DNA of 61,579 nucleotides, counting the filler. It is 9 parts of 9 records of this genome, joined end to end, with 100 filler letters (N's around TTAATTAATTAA, not from the genome) between each part and the next. Parts side by side here need not be neighbours in the genome. Positions count along the whole stretch, not along the records: positions 20,443 to 24,362 come from SRR7504441_362; positions 24,463 to 29,040 come from SRR7504441_364; positions 29,141 to 33,194 come from SRR7504441_366; 6 more parts are not named here. The stretch is one strand, 5' to 3'. Shown in pieces: positions 20,895 to 33,294 of this stretch. A program made the position numbers and the translations under genes. The notes below the pieces were generated by a model, which worked only from the letters and a program-made list of their open reading frames with translations, did no database searches and was not told the origin of the DNA. The first letter of the stretch is position 1. Every line of letters starts with the position of its first letter.

Positions 20895-23800
20895 TCAGAG
20901 CAGATCCTTTACAGTAGCTTTGTTAGTGTCGACGACTGTGAATGCCTTGAGAAATTCATCGTAACATACCAGCCCATCACCATTTGTGTCCATCAGCATT
21001 ACCATAGCAGCGCAAGCTGGCTCATCTACACCACTGATGCCTAGCTTCTCAAGCGCGGCCTTGAACTCTTCTGTACTAACCATTCCGTCCCCTGACTTGT
21101 CAATAAGCTGAAATACATGCTTCAGTGCCATATGTTGGCTGAACACAGCATCACACACACGCTGGACAACTCTTTCGTCCCAGTCAGCCCCGAGCTTGTG
21201 CCGTAATGTGGCTGCAAACACCGGCTGAAATCGTCGGATGAACTCAAGGTACGGGATGTTCTTCTTGTTTTTGGGCGTGCACATGCGCAGTAATTCATTG
21301 ACCTGTCTCACAGCATCAACGCAATACTGACTCCGGAAGCAATCACCTCGCCGTGGGTCAGGTCGGGGCAAATGCAGTGCACTCCTTTCCTGAACTCGTC
21401 GGCAGAGACTGTGCCGTTCCCGTCTATATCCATCCGGTGCCAGTACTCTGTAAGTCCCACCCTGCATCCAGTACGGGATCAGCCGGTCCTAGATGGGGCA
21501 ACTACCTATACTCAAACATCATTGTCGTTAGTTTGGCCGCGATCTTGTCCCGCCATTGGTCCTCTTCTTGGTCCAGCAACACCTGCGTTACCACGGCAAC
21601 GAATGCATCCTGTGAGATTGTCTCCTCATCATCGTTCTCGTCACCAGCGTCAAATCTTGCGCACTTGTTATACAGCGCCACGCTAAACTGCGGATCAGAT
21701 GCATTACCAACACCCACCTGTTCATCTCCAATCAGCTAGACTCCGTGTGAGATTGCAAACCTTATCAAGCGCGTTGCGAAACTGCTCAAGGTTGTGGACC
21801 CCTGTTGCCTCGCCCCTGAGCTCTTGGTAGTTCTTATTGAGCCTGGCAACAGTGGCACTGGTTCGATTCTCCCAGCGGACGATGCACAGTTCTATGTAAT
21901 CGTCCAGATCCAGTCCAGCATGCTCAAGCCGCTTATCCTCAGAAAAGATGGCGCGGTCTACCACTTTACGAATGAAGTGCTCCAAGTCCTCAAACCTATC
22001 AAACTTGAATATTGACGGCAACACTGCCACTGCAATGTGCAGCGAAATGATGCACCTAGAAGGCGTCAGGTAGGGACTGCTGAGGCCATCACCGCCCGTC
22101 TGTCTCAATCTTGAAGTCGCCCACATAGTCTCGCAGCAAAATGAGAACATTCAGCAGGAAGTTGCATGCCGCTTCAGTAGAGGCATAGGAGCGGAACAGT
22201 CCAAGCATTCGCCCAAATATCATAATTCGCGATGATGCAGTCTCATACTTGCGCACTGAGCCTATCAATTGCACTAGGTGCTGGTTTGCCAGCTTGCGCA
22301 GCCCGTATTTGTTGATTAGTTGGTCGTAGCAGAACTCGGCCAATGTTGCCCGAGCGTTGCCCTGATCATCATCTACGGCATCGGCCTGAATCTTGTCCAG
22401 GTAGAATTGTATGATCAGCCGTGAGAGCACCTTAGGCGTGATTGTTCGCCCCTGATACGCGGCTGCATTCCGGAAGTCCACCACAAGACGCTCCTGCCAC
22501 AAAGATGAACTTAGGCAGACCAGGGCCGCACCCTCTGAACAACTTGCCCCAGGTTAGGCGCCTGGCCCATCATATCCTCATCACCCGCTCGCTCATTGAG
22601 CAACGTCAACGACTTGAATTTGTTCGCCTTGGTCGCATCCTTAATGCTTGATTTCTCTGGCTCGGGCTCGAGTGGCTCGGTCTGAGTGCCACAAGAATCC
22701 ATGGATCGCGTGACCTCTGCCTGATTGGGCTGCTCAGCAAGCAACTGCCTTAGCCGGTCGAGCTCTGCCTGCATTGCTACCATCGAGTCAAGCTTGGCCT
22801 GCAAACCTTCGTTCTCCTTCTGCAGTCGATCAAACATATCCCTCATCCCCGCCAGCTCAGCCTCAAGCCGTTGGTCATTGTTAGCATTGGAGGCGACCAT
22901 CGCCTTGATCTTGCGCTGCAGCTCCTCCAGCTCTGCTCGAAGCTGGCTCGCCTCTGAATTGGCTTCAGCCAGCTGCTTCTCCAGCTGTCCACCACCGGTC
23001 AGCTGGCATGACCTACACACACACCTCGCATATCATCATTTTGAGCCTGTCGGTCTCGCTAAGTGCGTTTGACTCCGACAGTGAGAACTGGTCAAACCGG
23101 CGCTGCATCTGTGCAATCTGGGCCTGACCTAGACTCAGCTGCAGCGACAGAGCGCTCGTGCCTTGAGTTTTGCAATCTCTGCAAGCAGCTGCTCCCTCTC
23201 CCTGGCGGCCTCGTCCAACTGGCACCCACTTAGGCCTGAACAGCCATGATCCCCCCACCTCGGCCTGTAGCCGGGCCGATGTCTGGTCTCCGCTGACCAG
23301 CAGCTCAGCCACACGTTTCTTGAGATCGTTGTTGGCCTTCTCAAGGGATGCGAGCAGAATCCGGGCCTGCCGGAGCTCCTCGTGCAGCTGCTGGTTCAGA
23401 AACTCGAGTCCTTGCAACCGGTGCTGCTGCGAGCGCAGCTGGGCTTCGAGATTGCTTGTGTCCACCACTGGAGGCGGTTCGATCTCTTTGAGCCGCTCGC
23501 ACTCACCACGCAGCGCCGTGTTCTAGGCTGACATCTTGTTCATCAGCTCCTGCAGCCTGGCAATCTCGGATTCCAGCCCGGAGTCCACTTCTACTTGCAC
23601 CCCCTTGGACTCAACCGGCACCGGTGGTGGCTCCTCGCGTTCCAAGAGTCGAGGGAGGACCTGGATCATCATCTCCATGTTGCTCTCAATGTGCTCCTGC
23701 TCGCTGATGTCCCGCTCGGCTGTCTTAAGCAGACCCTCCATCTGCGCGAACCGCTCCTTGTTGTACCGATCGTCCTCCTCCGCCGCCTTCTCCATCTGCC

Positions 23801-24362
23801 GCATCCGCTCCAATCGGCTCTGCATCTCTACATTCTGTTTCTGCGTTGCCCGCAGGCGCCCCTGCCCCTAGTCGGACTGCGCTCCGGCAACAGTGCACCT
23901 TTAATCCAGCTGCTCGGAACGCCTGCGAAGCCTGCTTGCGCAAATCCGGTCGCAGTGCCGGGGCCCGCTGCCCAGAATCAGACCTCCTGTGAGGCAGGAG
24001 CGCACCAGGTTGGCCGCAGGCTCAGTCCGAGGCTTGGAGATTTGCCTCTCGAGCATAGCCACGTGCTCCTCCAGCTGCTCCACGCGCTGCTGGCTGAGCC
24101 TGCTGGCTTGCTGCTCCTTCTTGCGGCCGGCGACCAGCTGCGAGATCACAAAGTCGAATCGGACCTGCCCGGCTCAGTTCCGGCCGGGCAGCGGGCACCA
24201 TGACTTTCTGGAGCACCCCCCCGTACACGGCCGAGTCCGGCGGGAGCGAGTGGCAGATCTTGTGGCAGGCCAGCATGCACTGCTGGGCCTCGTCCTGCAG
24301 GCTGTCGCTCCCCTTGCATCCAGGCTCGGCCGCGAACGCCTCCATCCATCCCTCGCGCACCC
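20895..24362 (-). CDS. Multi-exon coiled-coil, TSNAXIP1-like and EF-hand protein, 5' truncated; carries an in-frame TAG at 23523-23525
   Basis: Successive minus-strand ORFs joined by roughly 34-45 nt introns; LAEFCYDQLINKYGLRKLA..IMIFGRMLG region; terminal EF-hands DKSGDGMVSTEE and DTNGDGLVCYDE. Confidence 0.65.
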
Positions 24363-24462
24363 NNNNNNNNNNNNNNNNNNNNNNNNNNNNNNNNNNNNNN
24401 NNNNNNTTAATTAATTAANNNNNNNNNNNNNNNNNNNNNNNNNNNNNNNNNNNNNNNNNNNN
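24363..24462. other. Artificial contig linker
   Basis: N44-TTAATTAATTAA-N44. Confidence 0.99.
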
Positions 24463-24851
24463 AGCTCGAGAGTTGTCATAGCTATATAAGATGCTAGATG
24501 AGGCTCGACATGCCGAATGATGTTCATATATATAAGCAATTTAAATGCACGCTAATGAGATCACGAAATTAACAGCTCAGAGAGCTGATCGCCTTAACCG
24601 ATAGCATTCACGACGGTCGACGGTGCATCAAGGGATGTACCGTACAAGGGATGGGTGTGCTCTGAGCTTATGTACTGGTACTCTTATGGGGATTAGGACC
24701 CAACTAAATACCGACTAGTTACAAGCTTGCAATAGCTTGCAAGCCACACGAAGCCATAACGATTGGCAATGTACAATTACAGTTAGTATACGCACAATAC
24801 CGTGCGAGAATGACGAGATAACTGATTATATAACTTGTCAACCAGCCACCA

Positions 24852-25295
24852 TCAGAGCTCGGAGCTCAGATCTTCGGCTCTCCGCGCTAGGTTCAGCGCG
24901 TGCCGAATCTGGGCCAACTTGGCTTCCTCCAGCCGGCCGTCGGCCTGCTGCTTCTCCATGTCGGCCTTGGTGCTCACTAGACCATCCCGCATCCGCCGGA
25001 GCTGAGCCCGCACCTGCTCGGGGTCCCCGTTTTCCAAGTCGATGTCCAACATGCCCTGGAGCGCCTTCAGCTTGGATTCGAGCTGCTCCATCTGGTCGTC
25101 CTTCCCTGCGAGCATCCCCTGCATCGCCGCCACCTGCTTCCGTGTCTCCCCAGCCTGACGCGCCAAATCGGCCTGGGCCAGCTCCGCACGCGCCCCGGCC
25201 ACGTCACTGTCGGCAGCCCCCTTTGGTCCACTGAATTCGGCCCGGGAGATCCTGCCGTCGCCGTTTTTGTCGTCTGAGTGCAGCGCCTCCCTCAC
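24852..25295 (-). CDS. EF-hand plus coiled-coil protein; start not resolved
   Basis: DKNGDGRISRAEFSGPK resembles the EF-hand tail of ER-luminal FKBPs; ends SSEL-stop; no convincing ATG found. Confidence 0.5.
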   Translation of the reverse strand: MREALHSDDKNGDGRISRAEFSGPKGAADSDVAGARAELAQADLARQAGETRKQVAAMQGMLAGKDDQMEQLESKLKALQGMLDIDLENGDPEQVRAQLRRMRDGLVSTKADMEKQQADGRLEEAKLAQIRHALNLARRAEDLSSEL

Positions 25296-25576
25296 CGCCT
25301 GGGCGGTCGTGCTAGTGGTTGCGGAGCAGAACGGCCGGAGATCAAGAGCGTCGGAAGCCGAAACGCGAAAGTACGAAGCAGCGCTACATCAAAAGCAGCA
25401 GCTACGGCTGTAGCTGGGACACGGATCAGGGTAACGAGCAGTTGAGATCTGGGTAAGAGGCAGACGGGAGCACCTTGCAGCGCAGTCCGGTTCACCAACC
25501 GTGTAACGTTAACGGCAGGCTTCAGGCAGCCACAGCCGACGCCAGGTGACCGGCGGGGAGCTGCAATAAGTGTGTC

Positions 25577-28500
25577 ATGGGGTTCGACAAGGGGCTGGCG
25601 GCCGAGCTGGCGAGCCCGGAGCCGCAGCAGCGGGCGCAGGTGGCTCCCCGGGCGTGCACTGGCCCACCGGCGGCAGGCGCTGTTCCGACTCCACTCCGCG
25701 GCCCGGCGGGGGGAGGCCGGGCCCGACGAGGCCGACGTGCTGAGCTCTCACCTCCAGCGGCACCCGACCGACCACCGGGCGGTGGCCGCACTGGCTGCGC
25801 TGGCCGACACAGTCCCCGGGCTCCCGCTCCGCCTGGCTGAGCTGGCCGAGCGCCCCGCCAGCCTCCGGGCCGGCCGGGTGGCCATGGCCGGACTGGCACG
25901 CTGCGCCGCCGAGGAGACGGCTCGGCCGGTCGAGCGGCTGGCCACGCACAGTGCCGACCCCGTGGTGGCGGCGGCGGCGGCCCGGTGCCTCGGGAGGCTG
26001 GCCGGGGGGGAAGAGAGCCTCAAGGGGCTGGCGGGGGACCGGGATCCGAGGGTGCGGGCAGCGGCCTGCGACGGGCTGCTCGGGCTGCTCGAGCGGGGGG
26101 GCGGGCCGCCGGGCGAGCTGGCCCGACTGGCGCTCCGGGCAGCCGACGACGACCAGCCCGAGGTGCGGCGGGCGGGTCTGGCGCTGCTGGTCAGTGCAGC
26201 GGGTGCGGATCCTGTCGAGGTGCGGCTCCACCGGCTGGGGAGAGGCTGAATCCTGGCAGGTGGAGCGATGCGACCTGGCGTGGGAGGCGATTTGCGAGAG
26301 GGCGATTGGCGACGGGGCTGTCGACATTCGGGCAGAGGCGTGCCGGCAGATTGGCCTGCTAGAGGGCGCATCAGTGGAGATCCAGGCGAGCCCGGCTGCA
26401 GGCGCCAGGTGAGTCGAGGGCCAGGTGAAAGCTTTCTCGAAGCGGCCCGAGTTCTCGCTGGCCGACGCCGTGGGCTACACCGAGTACAGACATCCAATGG
26501 CCAAGGCACCGGCATGTCCCATGCCCAGCTGACCTCCTTGGCAGGGCCGGAAGCGCTCCAGAAGCGGCCAGCCGGCGGCCAGAGATGCCGGGACCGTTGG
26601 GGTGTCGGCCTCATCGTGCGGGGCGCTGGTTCACGCGCTGGAGGATGAGTTCTGCGAGGTGCGCCAGCAGGCTGTTCGGGCTGTCGGGCTGCTCGCGGCT
26701 CGGAACGGCTCGCTGGAACGTCTCGCGTTGGAGCTCCTCGTGGATATGCTCAACGACGACACAGACACGGTCCGGATCGGGGCGATCCAAGCGGTGGCCC
26801 GGATCAAGCCGAGTGGGGTCCGGCTGAGTCCGGCCCAGCTAGCGACTGTGCTCGCAACACTCGATGATAAGCAACGGGCCGTCAGGGACGCGGTGCGTGT
26901 CGGTGCTCGATTCGGCTGACGGCGATGCAGGTGCGGACCCTGATCGGCCAACTGGACCTGTCGGAAGGGGCCGGGCTCGTGGTGGCGGTCCAGGCGCTGC
27001 TGAACAGCTCGGGTCGGCCTGGGCTCACACTCGATGACTGGCATTTGACCCTCGAGTGTCTTACGCTGCTCGCAACGGCTCACGCACGGCACGCCGAGGT
27101 GGGCCGGTCGATGGCTGGGCTGGAGTGGCGGGCAGGTGCTGGTGGACAGGCTGCTTGGGCTGCCGCAGGGCCGACTGCTCTGCCCAGAGCCTCCGCTCGA
27201 TGGCAACTCACAGTACTGGGCGAGGCTGCTGTTCTGCCTGCACGCTGGTGGCTGCCGCTAAGCTGGGCGAAACTGACTGGGCCGCAGCCGCGCACTGCCC
27301 GCAGATCGCAAGGGTGCTCCCAGCGCACTGCGAGGCTCACTACCAGTGCGCCCGGCCGCTAGACTGGTGTGAGTGGTGGCAGGTACCTCCGCGCTGTCAT
27401 CCCTGGCAGGCTGCTCCCTCAGCTGCAGTTTGGTCTTGTCAACGGACACAGCCAGCTCCATCCAGTCTCTAGCGCAGCCGCTGGCCCAGGCAGCCGGCCC
27501 TGCACCCGCCCTCTGACTGGGCCCTGCAGGAGGCCAGTCCGAGCAACCAACCAGAATGCTCCGGGCAGCTCTGGCCAGGCTCCGACTGCTCTGGCAACAG
27601 AAAGACTTCCCGGCAGCCACCGGTGCCCCGTGCCTTGCTGGATGGCTGAGCCGCGCGCACAGCGTTGCTGCATACGGCTCGGGCGCAGCTCGAAGCCACA
27701 CTCGCAGCGAGGCCCCGCGAGCCATCCCTCTGCCAATGGCAGTTGGCCGTGCTCGGGTGCCTCGCAGCGCTGGCAGAGTTGCTCCGGCAACTGCACCGGC
27801 CGGGGGCGCTGGCCAGCCCGGCCGAGCTCAGCAAGCGGGCGCGCGAGGCCGACGCGCTGTTTTGGCTGGAGGAGGATTCGCCCAAGCTGCTCTTGCTTGA
27901 GCTTGAGCTGCTTGCGGCCGGAGTTCACGCTGCGCTGGCCGATGAAGCTGAGTGGGAAGCCCCGGCTGCACGTCTGGCGAGCTGGTGCCAAGAGGCCGGG
28001 ATGGCCACTCCGCAGATCGAACGGCCGGGTCTGGGCGAGTTGGGTGGCTGGCTGGTCCGATGGAGCTGCGAGCTGCCGATGGACGGTGCGGTCTGCTTGA
28101 GCAAGGTCGAGCGGCTCTCTGCAGAGGTGCGGCCGTGGCCTGCCTGGGCGGTGACTGGTGGGGCAGCTCTGGCTGCCGCGGAGCTCGGAGGACCAGCCGG
28201 CGGTGGCACTCAGCCAGCTGCCGCACGTAATTACCGTGAGGGCGGCGCTCCACGGGAGCCAGCGGATGTCTGGGCCTCCAGCGGTGGCTGTGTTTCTGGA
28301 ACATCCGACAGGAGGCTGGCAGCTCCGTCTGCTGGATCGAGCCCGGATGACCCGGCGAGGGGAGGCGGCCGTGTGGGATGTGGAGGACGAGCTGGAGCTG
28401 CAGGGGCAGGAGCTGCTGGCGCCTACGGGGACGGGGGCGGCCGGGCTCGAGCTGAGGCTGGTGCTGGTGCTGGAGGAGGGCGAGTGGGTCGAGCTGACCG

Positions 28501-28598
28501 GGCGGGAGACTTACTACCTGAAGGCGACCAAGAACTCGGCCGAGATTAAAAACCTGCAAAACCCGCAAGGCGCGGCCAAGCAGCAAATTGTGCTGTGA
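25577..28598 (+). CDS. INTS4: Integrator complex subunit 4 (HEAT repeats), multi-exon
   Basis: SCGALVHALEDEFCEVRQQAV and LVDMLNDDTDTVRIGAI match the INTS4 signature (ACGAFVHGLEDE..EVR, LVDMFNDE..VR); N-terminal HEATs DRDPRVRAAA and DDQPEVRRA; beta-rich C-terminal exon. Confidence 0.82.
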
Positions 28599-29040
28599 TC
28601 TGCGTGATCTGCGAGTATGTACATGGTATGTCAATTGCAATCGATGTGTACACGTGGGCAATAAATCGCTGATCATGTCATCATGATCGTGTAATGATCG
28701 TGCTGTTATCGACAGTTGTGCACTCTTGCGATCCATTTAGTAGTACATGTGCTCGTTAAAGTAGGGTAGGAACTGGATGCGCCCATAATTATGGGACGGC
28801 TGGACAGACAGGTGCCACTAGGCCTCGATGTTAGCCGTGTTAGCCGAGAACTGAGCGCAGGTGCCACACTCGCCTTGCGAAATCGGGGTCCCCGCGCCCC
28901 GCTTCACCCGGACGCGCTCGCAGTTCATATCGTCGCTAAGCCACCCGGCACAAGTTTCTTCTATTATTATTTAGTAACAAGTACCTTTCTTTTGGGAATT
29001 AAAAAATTTCGGTTTAGTGGGTATGATCGCCCCGCAGACA

Positions 29041-29140
29041 NNNNNNNNNNNNNNNNNNNNNNNNNNNNNNNNNNNNNNNNNNNNTTAATTAATTAANNNN
29101 NNNNNNNNNNNNNNNNNNNNNNNNNNNNNNNNNNNNNNNN
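29041..29140. other. Artificial contig linker
   Basis: N44-TTAATTAATTAA-N44. Confidence 0.99.
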
Positions 29141-29497
29141 AGCTCTCGAGCTCTGATATCCTGCTTTTAATTACATGTAATTCATGTAATCATGCTTCGG
29201 TGCTTCCAGTACTTCTTTACATGTAGCCTCTGCTTCATCTGCATCGTCCTTGTAGATTCAAGGTACGATCAGACTAGAGAGTATCCTTAATAAGGTTGTT
29301 CAAGTGGTGCTTGGGGGTGATCCGCCCATCTCCAGTTCAAGTGTTTGACACAAGTCTTCCCCATGGTCTTCCCATGCTCCATGGTAGTTCCATGGTCAGC
29401 CAATACGACAATAGTACAATAGATCTTTCAGATCTGCTGGACCGAACATGTACGTTTTTCTACCGTTGGCGTTGAAACGCTCGAGCGGCCAGAGCCG

Positions 29498-29692
29498 ATG
29501 GGCTGCGAATGCTCGCGCGATGAGGACGACGAGTCTTATGACTATGCCTCGGACGAGGCGGCCCGCGCCGAGGAGGAGGAGGCCCGTGCCGACGCCGCAG
29601 CACGAACCACAAGACTGGTGTCGGACCACCGACAGCCCCGCATGGCCCACAGCGGCTGGGAGAAAATCGGGCCCGTCCGCAGCTTCGAGTGA
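29498..29692 (+). CDS. 64-aa putative dually acylated microprotein
   Basis: MGCECS start (Gly2, Cys3/Cys5, Ser6); GC-rich island in AT-richer flanks; CCGTTG motif at 29463-29468. Confidence 0.5.
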   Translation: MGCECSRDEDDESYDYASDEAARAEEEEARADAAARTTRLVSDHRQPRMAHSGWEKIGPVRSFE

Positions 29693-30038
29693 GAACAGCC
29701 TGCTGGCACTCTCTTCGGGGTTCGGCCGGCGACCATAACGCGACCCCTCACTGCATGAGCGGCACGGAGCGGCATGCTTTTGTGGAGAAGCGAGCCACAC
29801 GCATTGGTCACAAGGCCCCGAGTTGAACGGAGGCTAATCGCTTGCCCAAGTACTGGTAAGCGCCAAAGACGCGTCACGGCGTTAGACTCGTTACAGCAAC
29901 GCGTTGACGCTCCCTAATGTGATCCATTGAGTTAATCTAGAGATGTGCAATCTATATTACAGCTTTAGTATGAATGATCAATTAATCCGTATGTAATGTT
30001 ACATCGAGGTCGGCGCCCTCATCCCCCGCCGGCTCACC

Positions 30039-30769
30039 TCAGGCGTGCACCTTCAAGTCCTGCACACCACCATCGGCTTTAGGGCCGTGATCGCAGCTCT
30101 TCCCGGGCGCGTCCTTTGCTATGCGACTTGCGCCGTAATCCCATAACTCTTTAGAAGTAACCAGACCATCGTCGCTCACGTCCGCCCCTCTAATCATCGC
30201 CTGAATCTCCGTTGGCGTCACGTCCATCTCCCGCATCGCATGCGCGATCTCCTGGACCGTCCGGCTCTCTCAGCACCCGGCAGCGGCCGGGGACCTCCGC
30301 ATTTATTGCTCCACTCTGATCCTTATCGATGGCATTGAAGCCCATCTGGAACGATTCCCGGTCGGTCATCATTTTCCGCTCCATCCGGGCCACTGCCCCA
30401 GGGTCAGCCGGCAGGCTGGGACCGGGCGCACCGAACATTTTGACAAACTCTTCAAACTCAATCCTTCCTGCCGTGTCCAGGTTCATCTCGCTCACCATGC
30501 CCTGTATTTCGGCCGCGGAGGTCTCCTGCCCCCGGTGGGGCTCGCGCTGCCAGCCAGCGGCGCGCACCACGCCGAACGCCTTGAGCAGCACACGGAGCTC
30601 CTCCCTGTCGATCGTGCCGCTGCCATCCTGCCCTACGCTGCCGCCTGGCCGCTCGGGGGCCCACCTTGTCGAAGGCGTGGAAGGTGTCCCAGTAGGCCGC
30701 GACCTCGTCCTCCGGGCAGAGCAACTCGGCCGCGATCTGCTTGGACGATTTCCCTTGCCCTCCGCCCAT
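30039..30769 (-). CDS. Calmodulin/centrin-like four-EF-hand protein with N-terminal MG motif
   Basis: Four GT-AG introns (37-43 nt) give FDK-DGSGTIDREEL, GRIEFEEFVKM, IDKDQSGAINAE-EI and ADVSDDGLVTSKEL. Confidence 0.88.
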
Positions 30770-30808
30770 AGATCTGCAGCTGTTTTATTCGCAACGGATC
30801 CAACGCCG

Positions 30809-32023
30809 ATGCCGCTGAGGAGACGGGGTATTGTAGCGCTGTGCGGCATGCTCGCTCTGACCGCGGGCGAGCTGCCGGTCGGGCCGCGGGCCCCCAGTGT
30901 GATTCCCGGCCGGCCGCGGCCGGCTTGGAGCTGGAGCCGGATCCCAACCTCTTTCCACGGGGCAGTCAAGCACAGGCAGTTCTCGGCGCCCGAAGTGGCC
31001 CGGCTCGCCAAGTACCAGATGGTCACCGTCGAGAAGTGGTACACCCCCTGCGCCAGCGCAGGCCCGCCGCATCAGAGCGGGCCCGAGTGTGCGGTGGAGC
31101 GTAAGATGGAGGAGCTATTTGGCCGGATCCGGACGGCGCGCAGGGCGGCAGGTCTGGGCCGGAGCACGCATATAATGTATTGGAATTCGATGTTTGATTT
31201 CTCAATGTATGCGGCGCATCAGCGCATGCTCGATCTGGAGGCCGCGGGGCTGCACGCGTTTCTGCGCGACCGGGACGGGAGGGTACTCTCCATGTGCAAC
31301 GACGGCAATGTCTACTGCAATATTACAACATACGATTGGACTCAGCCCGCTGTGCGCAAACTCTGGGTCGAGGTAGTGACCAACGCGACCGCTACGGGAC
31401 TGGTCGATGGGATCTTCGCCGACCATTCAGCCAACGAAGGAACCGCGATTGGCTTCACCGGAAACCCACGCTCGCCTCAGGGGCCCAACCAGCTTTGCAA
31501 CGGACACGGCGACCAGCGGGCTTGCTTTGAATTCACCGATGATTTCCGGGACGCGTTCAATTCGTGGCATCTCTGGGCGACCAACTTCACGCAGGACTTG
31601 CTCTCGAAGACGACGGGGGGCCCTGTGATTCAGGGGCCGCTGGCTTCAATGAACAACGCAACTGTGTGGGGGGGTAACATCACCGACCCATCCGAGTGCG
31701 ACTTTGACAGCGTCCGCTCCGCACAGCGAGACTCGGGGATGGTTGTGTTCGAGGCGAGAGGATCTTGTAAGCCCTCCCCAAGATGCATTGCTGCTTTTTT
31801 GGCTGCTGTGGAGCCTGGAACATATATGCATTGCACCTACAACGACGACCAGCTGCTTAACGCGACCTCGTTCCCCGAGATGGACCTTGAGTTAGGCGCT
31901 CCGCATGGACCTGCCAAGGAGACTGCGCGCGGGAGCAATATATGGAAGCGGCACTTTGGCAAGGGAACCGTTGTTACGTGGGATAATAAGAAGAAAGACG
32001 GGACAATCAAATGGGCGAACTAA
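30809..32023 (+). CDS. Secreted putative glycoside hydrolase (GHL15-like TIM barrel), intronless
   Basis: Signal peptide; WSWSRIP..LAKYQMVTVEK, MYWNS, DWTQPAVRKLW, DGIFAD, FPEMDLELGAP.GPA, WKRHF motifs recalled from this family. Confidence 0.7.
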   Translation: MPLRRRGIVALCGMLALTAGELPVGPRAPSVIPGRPRPAWSWSRIPTSFHGAVKHRQFSAPEVARLAKYQMVTVEKWYTPCASAGPPHQSGPECAVERKMEELFGRIRTARRAAGLGRSTHIMYWNSMFDFSMYAAHQRMLDLEAAGLHAFLRDRDGRVLSMCNDGNVYCNITTYDWTQPAVRKLWVEVVTNATATGLVDGIFADHSANEGTAIGFTGNPRSPQGPNQLCNGHGDQRACFEFTDDFRDAFNSWHLWATNFTQDLLSKTTGGPVIQGPLASMNNATVWGGNITDPSECDFDSVRSAQRDSGMVVFEARGSCKPSPRCIAAFLAAVEPGTYMHCTYNDDQLLNATSFPEMDLELGAPHGPAKETARGSNIWKRHFGKGTVVTWDNKKKDGTIKWAN

Positions 32024-32208
32024 GCATTTCCCACGTAGTTTCACGTATAGTACGAAACACTCGCACGAAGGTCTATCGATTCAGTAGTCCATCCAACTGT
32101 TTCAAGTACGTACAAGTACGTAAGTGTACTATAATGGTGTTATAATTATTTAAAGAATTGGTGTTTGATTACATGATTGTACGAGTAACTATGTACGGAT
32201 TTTGATAT

Positions 32209-33194
32209 TTACGGACGGAATTCATTCGCATGAAAATGGTCCCAATTCGTGACTACATCTAGGCTTCCAGGAAGCAGTGTGGGCTGTCTTTTTGTTCTAG
32301 GTTGGAATGAAAAATCACGGTCAAAGAAAACGGAGGTAACGGAGGTGTGAGACTCAGTCGCTTTGAAACCAGCAAAGTCAACTTGAATGAGACCCGAATC
32401 CCTCAAGTACGCAGCTGTATTCGGATACCACTCAGAATTATCCAGCACAATAATACCCCCTTTACGGAGTCTGCTCCGGGCATGCCTCGCACAGTGATGA
32501 CGGTTCGTGGCTGCGGATAGGGAAGCCTTGGTAAGTCGAAAGGGACTCACTAGACCTCTCTCTGCGACCAGCTGCTGCTTTTGTGCGGAGTAGCCCATGG
32601 GTCCGATGTTAAGCTCCGTGTAATGGTGCGCAGGAGGCATCACGATTCCATAATTGATCAATAGGGCCTCTGCTGAGAGAGATGTGCCTGACGTCTCAGG
32701 GTGGAAGTGTTGCTGTGGCGGCCAGTCGGCCTGTGATGAATATTCGACCTCTAGGCTCTGTGAACTAGGGCTGTAGCGAATCTGGAGCTGATGTCCATAC
32801 CATGGTGCTAATCCGTACACAAGTGGCGCCAGGACCCTACCAATTCCTGCAACATTCATTGTGTGCGTTGCGAGCAAGCTAGCAGCTTTGGTCAGGACCT
32901 CTGCAGGAACATCCAAGGGCAGGATCGATATCTTGCGTTGCCGCATACGGATCAGGAGCCCACGCAGGCTGTGCTCGGCATCTGTCTTCAGCGTGGCGAT
33001 CTTGCTTTGTACTGGCTCTGGCAGTAGCTGCAGTGCTGCCTCAGACCACTGTGCAGGCCGCGCTGCTAGCTGCTCAGTACGCAGCCACTGGAGCCAGGGC
33101 ACGAGCGCATGCTGGCGGAACTGGGTGGCGCCGTCGCTCCCCAGCAGTTGCCAGATCAGCCACACCGCCAGGCACTCCAGCTCGGTGCCGCCCC
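32209..33194 (-). CDS. 5'-truncated ORF: SET/Rubisco-LSMT-like region joined to the C-terminal half of a class I SAM methyltransferase-like domain
   Basis: ALLINYGIV..KQQLV..FRL pattern, then RHHCA..LRKGGIIVLDNSEWYPNTA..LIQVDFAGF. Confidence 0.45.
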
Positions 33195-33294
33195 NNNNNN
33201 NNNNNNNNNNNNNNNNNNNNNNNNNNNNNNNNNNNNNNTTAATTAATTAANNNNNNNNNNNNNNNNNNNNNNNNNNNNNNNNNNNNNNNNNNNN
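33195..33294. other. Artificial contig linker
   Basis: N44-TTAATTAATTAA-N44. Confidence 0.99.

Noticed and set aside
23523-23525. In-frame TAG inside a continuous coiled coil (KMSA*NTALRGE) as stop-codon reassignment
   Set aside because: SF3B1 ends on TAG at its conserved C-terminus, and long conserved genes contain no internal TAG. A GAG/CAG-to-TAG error or nonsense allele is simpler.
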